64,000 nucleotides of DNA from Candidatus Yanofskybacteria bacterium RIFCSPLOWO2_01_FULL_42_49 (GTDB taxonomy: Bacteria > Patescibacteriota > Minisyncoccia > 2-02-FULL-40-12 > GWA2-44-9). The position numbers were made by a program, and so were the translations under genes. Location: assembly GCA_001795615.1 (NCBI GenBank), contig MGKI01000002.1, forward strand, positions 2,760 through 66,759. The letters are read 5' to 3'. Positions within the stretch are counted from its first letter, which is position 1. Every line of letters begins with the position of its first letter. Below the pieces are notes generated by a model that had not been told where the DNA came from, searched no databases, and was given only the letters and a program-made list of their open reading frames with translations. Positions 58,225-64,000 of the stretch are shown in pieces.

Positions 58225-61092
58225 CTACTCAATATCTGAGCCAAGTACATACCCGTCTAATTCTGTCTGGTTAACCGGCGCAACCTCGTCCCACTTAAAT
58301 CCGTTTCTGGTAAAAGCGTCGACAGAAACAATCCATCTTTTGATATTGCCCTCGAGTTTGTAAATTTTTGCATCTCCTGGAATGTAAATTAGGATATTGT
58401 CGGGTATGGCGTCAAGCTCAAATTGTTTGACGGTTACAATATCTTCCCACTTATTGCCGTAAGATAAAAATATTTCTGCGGTAAGCATCCAGCGCTTCAT
58501 GCCCGATTCGGTGATGTAGTAAACTTTTGTATCATTGTCGGCTCTAAGCAATTTAGCGCGCATATATTGATCTGCCGTGCCGGCTGGCTTTACTTCCACT
58601 TTATTCCAATCAAGATTTAGATTTTGGAATACTTGGGGAGTGGGTATCCATTTAAGCTGACTATCGGGAGTTTGAACATAGATCTGGGGATCACCCTGGA
58701 AACGGATAATTTTAGTGACTGGGGTTGGTGTTGGGGTTGGTGTAGGTGTTGGAGCGGGAGTAGGGGTTGGAGGATTACCATTAATACTCATTAGCGTCGC
58801 CTTAAATAAGTTGTCAGGTATAAAATCGTTTAGAATTGATAACCCCGGTATAAATGTAAAATGCTGAGGAATATAGTTGTTAAGCGCTGTACCCCACCAG
58901 ATTAATCCTTGAAAGTCTTGGCTCCAATTATAATTAGCCATGGCTTGCAATTCATTTGGAGTAGGAGTCCTATGGCTGGGGTTATTAGTGTAAGCATAAT
59001 TATTAACAGCTTGGTGAACGAACCACCTATCCCTAATGCCCGCCAATTGAAATACGTCTTGATAATAAGATGCGTAAGTGGCGGGAACATTAATATCTGC
59101 TGGCTGGTTGTTGATTGGATAGTAATCTATGCTTACTATGTCTCCCCAATCGTATCCATTCATTTGATTTACGCTCAAACCAGGTGCCTCATTATACCAT
59201 ATATATTTATCGGGAAATCTAGTTTTGAACAGATTATATCCTTCTTGAAGCGAAACTTTGCTCCAAGCAACCCCGGTATTTCCTGCTTCTATGGGTGCAC
59301 CCGGCTCGTCTATTGTGTGTATGCCCAAAACACGGCTGGAATTAAAGCATGAAGCGATATCGTTTAAATACTGGGATTTGTAAGCTGTGGCTAACCCCTT
59401 TTCAAAAGGCACTATAGTTGCCCAAAATATATCGGTGTTATTACTATTAGCTTCGCTTATTCTCGCATTGCAGAAAGCATTTATTCTGGCGATATTTGAA
59501 GAATAATTGCCTGATCTGAAATTATTGCTATTGAAGTAATCGTAAAACAGCCAATCGAGGTTATACATAATCATCTTAGCTCCGAAGTCTTGTCTCAATG
59601 ATGGGATATCTTTTCTTTCTGCCCTTAGTGCTGATTCTGAAGTGGGGTTATACCGTGGACCCACCCAAAGGCCGGTCATCTTTGAGGGCAAGCGTTGAGT
59701 GTTTTTAACAAAAACTTTGCTCACTGTTTTCTTCGCGCCATTTTCGGCCGTCAAATTGTAAAGGGTGTCCGATTGAAAGTTTAACGAATAACTATTTCTA
59801 TTGGTCACATCGACATTGCCCGGGTTGAAAATAAGTTTTGCGGCTCCGGAAACTTCCCATGCCAGAACAACCGATTGCCCCGGGCTGGCCGTTGATAAGT
59901 TTGAAGAGAAAGCTTTGATTTCCGGAGGCGATACGCCGAATTGGATGGGCCTATTGTTTAAGACCCGGCTTGTGTCAGCCGTCTCTGCAATTATCGTCTT
60001 GTCCACTCCCCAATTCCCATTTTTTTGGCTGAACACTCCGGGAGAATTATAAATTAGAGAAACCCAATTTCCGTTCTGGGAATTATAGACCAAAATATCC
60101 GAGCGACTGTTGTTGTCAAAATCACTTATATAAACCTGCCAGTTCACATCCCAAACGCCTGAATAATACGCAAAATCTGTGCCGGAACCGTTATTAATGG
60201 CCTGAACCCAAATCCCGTTGGATTTTTTGTAAAAGAAAATATCCGCCTTATCATCACCATTAAAATCAGCAACACTTAAAGAATCCCAATCTCTGTCCAA
60301 GTTTGCAGAAAAAGGATAACTAAAATCACTACCGTTATTTATGGCAACGTAACCGGTAGGAGTATTTGCCGGCCCGTATAAAAGAATGTCCGACAATCCG
60401 TCCCCATTAAAATCAGCAGGATAAATCTGCCAGTTAGGAGACCACTGGGAATTTAACGGATAAGAAAAATCTGAATTTAAATTTCCGTCATTAATTACCC
60501 TATACCATGCTCCGTTGGTCGGATTGTAAAGAAATAAGTCATCGTAAGAATCACTATTTATCCTTGTCGGGTAAACTTGCCAATTTGCAGACCAATATCG
60601 GCTTTGAGCGCAAGAAAATCCATTTCCGATAACACTATTACATTTAGCCCAGACACCATTGGAAAAATTATAGAAAAAGACATCCGAGATTCCGTCGCCA
60701 TTCAAATTCATTATGTAGATATTCCAGTCCGTGCTGAAAGTTCCGGATTCACTATAAGTAAAATCATCGCTGCCATTATTTATGGCTTTGAACCACTGCC
60801 CGGTTGTTTTTTTGTATAAGAAAAAATCAGTCAAGTCGTCTCCGTTAAAATTGGCGGCTTGAACCGACCATTGAGGATCCCAAGAACCATTTTTTTCGCT
60901 GAATGTCCCGGAGCCATTATTAAATTTTATTGACCAAGAGCCAGTATTTTTGTCGTAGATAAAAATATCAGGGAAAATATCAGAAACTGCCTTGGCATTC
61001 CGGTCGAAATTACCTATTAAAAAAGTGGCGAGTGTTAAAATCACAATGAAACCAATCGTTACAAATCGCCATTGTTTATTTTTTTTATTCAT
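58225..61092 (-). CDS. Large secreted/surface protein with FG-GAP/VCBS-like repeats and a (PT)n linker
   Basis: N-terminal TM/signal; at least six repeats of the DFNGDGLSDILLY type; PTPTPAPTPTPTPTPTP linker; 955 aa. Confidence 0.6.
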   Translation of the reverse strand: MNKKNKQWRFVTIGFIVILTLATFLIGNFDRNAKAVSDIFPDIFIYDKNTGSWSIKFNNGSGTFSEKNGSWDPQWSVQAANFNGDDLTDFFLYKKTTGQWFKAINNGSDDFTYSESGTFSTDWNIYIMNLNGDGISDVFFYNFSNGVWAKCNSVIGNGFSCAQSRYWSANWQVYPTRINSDSYDDLFLYNPTNGAWYRVINDGNLNSDFSYPLNSQWSPNWQIYPADFNGDGLSDILLYGPANTPTGYVAINNGSDFSYPFSANLDRDWDSLSVADFNGDDKADIFFYKKSNGIWVQAINNGSGTDFAYYSGVWDVNWQVYISDFDNNSRSDILVYNSQNGNWVSLIYNSPGVFSQKNGNWGVDKTIIAETADTSRVLNNRPIQFGVSPPEIKAFSSNLSTASPGQSVVLAWEVSGAAKLIFNPGNVDVTNRNSYSLNFQSDTLYNLTAENGAKKTVSKVFVKNTQRLPSKMTGLWVGPRYNPTSESALRAERKDIPSLRQDFGAKMIMYNLDWLFYDYFNSNNFRSGNYSSNIARINAFCNARISEANSNNTDIFWATIVPFEKGLATAYKSQYLNDIASCFNSSRVLGIHTIDEPGAPIEAGNTGVAWSKVSLQEGYNLFKTRFPDKYIWYNEAPGLSVNQMNGYDWGDIVSIDYYPINNQPADINVPATYASYYQDVFQLAGIRDRWFVHQAVNNYAYTNNPSHRTPTPNELQAMANYNWSQDFQGLIWWGTALNNYIPQHFTFIPGLSILNDFIPDNLFKATLMSINGNPPTPTPAPTPTPTPTPTPVTKIIRFQGDPQIYVQTPDSQLKWIPTPQVFQNLNLDWNKVEVKPAGTADQYMRAKLLRADNDTKVYYITESGMKRWMLTAEIFLSYGNKWEDIVTVKQFELDAIPDNILIYIPGDAKIYKLEGNIKRWIVSVDAFTRNGFKWDEVAPVNQTELDGYVLGSDIE

Positions 61093-61107
61093 GTTCTGAT
61101 TCTATCT

Positions 61108-61183
61108 TACCTCCCAATGTTCTAAGTTCAGTTAAAAATTTCTGCGCCTCTTCTGGCTTTGGCGGAATTCCGTGCCCCCACAC
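61108..61183 (-). pseudogene. Displaced remnant copy of the transketolase N-subunit 3' end (last ~30 codons plus stop), downstream of GIY-YIG gene 2
   Basis: Minus-strand translation WGHGIPPKPEEAQKFLTELRTLGGKIESEHE* against the TK-N C-terminus WHGISPTKEQGKEFLDELRTLGGKIASEHQ*. Confidence 0.55.
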
Positions 61184-61435
61184 TTATAAACTACGCTTAA
61201 GTCGCTTTTTAAGCTGAAATAAAGCATTGGATCTTAGTTTTAAATTATGTTCTCTTGTTCTAGCGTCTTTTTCGTTATTGTAAGCTTCATAATAGATAAG
61301 TTCAAAAGGCTTTCTGTTTTTTGTGCTTACAACTTTCCCGTCATTATGCTCTGCCAATCTTCGTCTCAAGTCAGCGGTCGATCCCATGTATAATTTGGAA
61401 TCTTTTGAACTTCTTAATATGTAAACATAAAACAT
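61184..61435 (-). CDS. Small stand-alone GIY-YIG nuclease, paralog of 50599-50862; start at the internal MFYVYIL
   Basis: FYVYILRSSKDSKLYMGSTADLRRRLAEHN; flanked by the inverted repeats cgtgcccccacac / gtgtgggggcgtg. Confidence 0.75.
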   Translation of the reverse strand: MFYVYILRSSKDSKLYMGSTADLRRRLAEHNDGKVVSTKNRKPFELIYYEAYNNEKDARTREHNLKLRSNALFQLKKRLKRSL

Positions 61436-61454
61436 AAGTGTGGGGGCGTGCCAA

Positions 61455-62351
61455 TTATTGATGCTCGCTGGCAATTTTACCACCCAATGTCCGGAGTTCG
61501 TCAAGAAACTCTTTGCCCTGCTCTTTTGTTGGTGATATCCCATGCCAGCGAGCATCAAACTCCATTTCTTTTATACCCTTCCCCGGTATCGTATGTGCAA
61601 TTATGACTGTCGGCTTTTCATATACTGCCTTGGCCTCTTCAACGACATCGACAAATTGCTCTATATTGTGCCCGTCAACCTCCAAAACGTTCCAGCCGAA
61701 TGATTCGTATTTCGCCCTCAACGGCTCAAGAGGCATAATGTTCTCCGTCATACCGTCTATCTGTATATTATTGCGATCAATTACTGCCGTTAGATTGCTT
61801 AACTTGTTTTTCCCGGCAAACATTGCCGACTCCCAAGTCGCTCCTGACTCTTGTTCACCGTCGGACATAAAGCAATAAACTCGAAACTTTCCTCGCCCTT
61901 CCGAAGCTTTACGCGAAGGAGGGTTGCTATCCATCCTTGCCGCATAAGCATATCCTGCGGCTTGACCCAACCCCGAGCCCAGCGGTCCCGATGTTGTTTC
62001 AACTCCCGGCAGTCGTTCCCGTTCAGGATGACCTTGCAACCGTGAACCGAATTTTCTCAAAGTTTTCAATTCTTCGATCGGAAAATAGCCGGACATTGCC
62101 ATCAACACATAGCGGATCGGACAAATGTGGCCATTTGACAAAATAAGTCGATCCCTTTCTTCCCACATTGGATTTTTAGGATCGTGATTGAGAACATGAA
62201 AATACATAGCCATAAAAATATCGGCCATCCCCAACGGCCCTGCCGTGTGCCCCGACCCCGCTTCCGTAAGCATCTCAATTAAAAACTGGCGGGCCTCGTT
62301 GGCCTTTAGTTCTAACTCCTTAATCTTGTTTTCATGGATATACTGCGACAT
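61455..62351 (-). CDS. Transketolase, N-terminal (thiamine-diphosphate-binding) subunit
   Basis: GHTAGPLGMADIFMAMY, GDG..MEG-type motifs (SDGEQESGATWESAMFAG). Confidence 0.9.
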   Translation of the reverse strand: MSQYIHENKIKELELKANEARQFLIEMLTEAGSGHTAGPLGMADIFMAMYFHVLNHDPKNPMWEERDRLILSNGHICPIRYVLMAMSGYFPIEELKTLRKFGSRLQGHPERERLPGVETTSGPLGSGLGQAAGYAYAARMDSNPPSRKASEGRGKFRVYCFMSDGEQESGATWESAMFAGKNKLSNLTAVIDRNNIQIDGMTENIMPLEPLRAKYESFGWNVLEVDGHNIEQFVDVVEEAKAVYEKPTVIIAHTIPGKGIKEMEFDARWHGISPTKEQGKEFLDELRTLGGKIASEHQ

Positions 62352-62692
62352 TATAATACTGAATATTTCCGGGCAATTAGGTTAAAAAACGGCAAAAAAT
62401 AATTTTCTAAGCCGGACAATGTGGTGCCGTATTCCTTTCCGTCCAGAACCCCGTCGCAAAAAACTTCTTTTAAACGACCAAGTTCCAACAAGCGTCCGCC
62501 CCGCCACTTTGGATCTTCAAGGGTCAGATCAAAAAGCTCCAGGGCCCTGGTTACGGCTCCATAGAATATTTTATCGTCTCTGCCCTGCCATTTTGCCGCT
62601 CGCCCGACTTCAGATCCGATATTAGCCATTTGCTCGGCTAACGGCATTTGACGCCATCTGCCTTCGGCTGCGTTTTTGTGAAGATAGTCCAC
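62351..62692 (-). CDS. Hypothetical protein
   Basis: ORF track only; overlaps the neighbour by 1 nt (coupled). Confidence 0.4.
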   Translation of the reverse strand: MDYLHKNAAEGRWRQMPLAEQMANIGSEVGRAAKWQGRDDKIFYGAVTRALELFDLTLEDPKWRGGRLLELGRLKEVFCDGVLDGKEYGTTLSGLENYFLPFFNLIARKYSVL

Positions 62693-63045
62693 TAGTCCAA
62701 AATTAATTTTCTTACAATTTTTTTAATTTTTTCCTGAATTTCTATGTTATCAACTCCTCGGGTTCGATTACCCAAAGCTGGTTTAAGATTTATAACCGAA
62801 TCATACTCTATCATATCATCTCCAAACTTATCCGGATATAAGTTAATCCCCCAAACATCCTCTGACCTTGACCCGCGTTGCTCATATAAAAAATTCAATT
62901 CATCCATATGAAACTCCCCACCTAGTACCATAGTCTCCTGCTCAATATCCACTGCCCCTTTAACTAAATCGCCGAATCTCTCTTCGGCAATTTTTTTTAA
63001 TTCCACTCTGGTTATAGGATTTTCGATTATATGCAGTTCGGACAT
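62692..63045 (-). CDS. Hypothetical protein
   Basis: ORF track only. Confidence 0.4.
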   Translation of the reverse strand: MSELHIIENPITRVELKKIAEERFGDLVKGAVDIEQETMVLGGEFHMDELNFLYEQRGSRSEDVWGINLYPDKFGDDMIEYDSVINLKPALGNRTRGVDNIEIQEKIKKIVRKLILD

Positions 63046-63093
63046 ATTTTTCTCAAAAACTTTGAAATTGTTTAGAAATTAGGATTTAGAAAT

Positions 63094-64000
63094 TTACATT
63101 AGTTCAGCAACCTTTAACACATGCTGAACTAATGTATTTGTGTATCCGAATTCATTGTCATACCAGGAATAGACCGAACAAAGATCACCGTCAACAACTT
63201 TGGTGAGCAATAAATCAGCAATCGCGGCATAAGGATCGCCTATAATATCGCTTGAAACAATCTGATCATCGGTCACCCTGAAAATCCCCTGCCAACGCGG
63301 TTGGTCTGCGGCATCGCGCAGTATTTTATTAATTTCTTCAATCGTAGTTGGTTTTTCGGAAACAAATGTAATTGAAGAAAGAGACCCCGTGATAATGGGC
63401 ACGCGCATTGAGGTGCCCTCGAATTTGTTTTCAACGGCCTTGACGGCCCTTCCTACCGCAACCGCTGCGCCCGTATATGAAGGGACAATATTCACTCCCC
63501 CGGCCCGGCCTCGTCTAAAATCATGGCCCCTAACCGGTCCATCGACTAAATTTTGAGTGGCAGTATAGCCATGAGTGGTATTCAAGAATGCTTTTTTAAC
63601 TCCAATAGTTTCAGAAAGAATTTGCAGTATCGGGGAAGCCGAGTTAGTGGTACAAGAACCGTTTGATGAAATGGTGCAGGTTTTAAGGTCATCGTCATTC
63701 ACGCCCATTAAAACTGTTTTTGTGTCGGCGGTGTCTGCGTCTTTTGCCGGCGCGGTCAGAACAACTCTTTTGGCCCCGGCCGTTTTGTGAGCCGAAATCT
63801 TGTCAAATGTTTCAAAAGCCCCGGTAGACTCCACGACTATATCAACCCCGAGTTCTTTCCAGGGAAGTTTTGCCAAGTCCTTTTCTTGAATAAACAGGTA
63901 TTCATTGCTATCGACAATCAGTTTGCCGTCACGAACAGAAACCTCTTTATTAAAACGACCGTAGGCCGAGTCATACTTTAACAGGTAGGCTAAATTCTCA
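63094..64000 (-). CDS. gap: Glyceraldehyde-3-phosphate dehydrogenase; the N-terminus extends beyond the window end.
   Basis: Active-site SNGSCTTNSASP, WYDNEFGY C-terminus; the reading frame stays open upstream of the first Met out to position 64000. Confidence 0.85.
   Translation of the reverse strand, partial: ENLAYLLKYDSAYGRFNKEVSVRDGKLIVDSNEYLFIQEKDLAKLPWKELGVDIVVESTGAFETFDKISAHKTAGAKRVVLTAPAKDADTADTKTVLMGVNDDDLKTCTISSNGSCTTNSASPILQILSETIGVKKAFLNTTHGYTATQNLVDGPVRGHDFRRGRAGGVNIVPSYTGAAVAVGRAVKAVENKFEGTSMRVPIITGSLSSITFVSEKPTTIEEINKILRDAADQPRWQGIFRVTDDQIVSSDIIGDPYAAIADLLLTKVVDGDLCSVYSWYDNEFGYTNTLVQHVLKVAELM

Overview
This 64-kb window looks like a small, AT-rich, streamlined bacterial genome of the CPR/Patescibacteria type. 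That lineage call is an inference from gene content and architecture, and no database search was possible.

Bases 1-17,000 hold a near-complete, minus-strand ribosomal super-operon. It runs rpsL-rpsG-fusA-tuf, then rpsJ-rplC-rplD-rplW-rplB-rpsS-rplV-rpsC-rplP-rpmC-rpsQ-rplN-rplX-rplE-rpsZ-rpsH-rplF-rplR-rpsE-rplO-secY. There is no room for L30 between S5 and L15, L24 carries a zinc ribbon, and several r-proteins have N- or C-terminal extensions. Nearly every gap between these cistrons holds the same odd structure: a tandem run of a short unit, usually about 7 nt, followed by the inverse tandem run. Together they form long low-complexity hairpins, and the repeat unit differs from gap to gap.

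The rest of the window encodes L28, tRNA-Pro, ndk, a split ComEC, proline dehydrogenase, NrdJ, ftsZ/ftsA, ybeY, hisS, lepB, pth, H+-PPase, rmuC, tRNA-Ala, an iscA-like gene, a beta-oxidation trio, split transketolase and gap.

The highlight is a complete diversity-generating retroelement (DGR) at about 31.6-37.3 kb. It comprises two paralogous 275-aa target genes whose C-terminal 123-nt variable regions differ from each other and from a single template repeat only at template adenines. A VWA/HExxH protein gene sits between the targets. An inverted Avd four-helix-bundle gene and a reverse transcriptase with the DGR-specific IGNLTSQ motif complete the locus.

Other notable items:
- a ~270-nt structured repeat present twice, with strand-swapped compensatory terminal stems;
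- two YhbQ-like GIY-YIG genes, each bracketed by duplicated host sequence: one splits a tRNA-Ile locus with 63-bp direct repeats, the other sits between the transketolase halves beside a remnant copy of the TK-N 3' end;
- recurring palindromic motifs upstream of rpsJ and ftsZ;
- heptamer microsatellites inside coding sequences.
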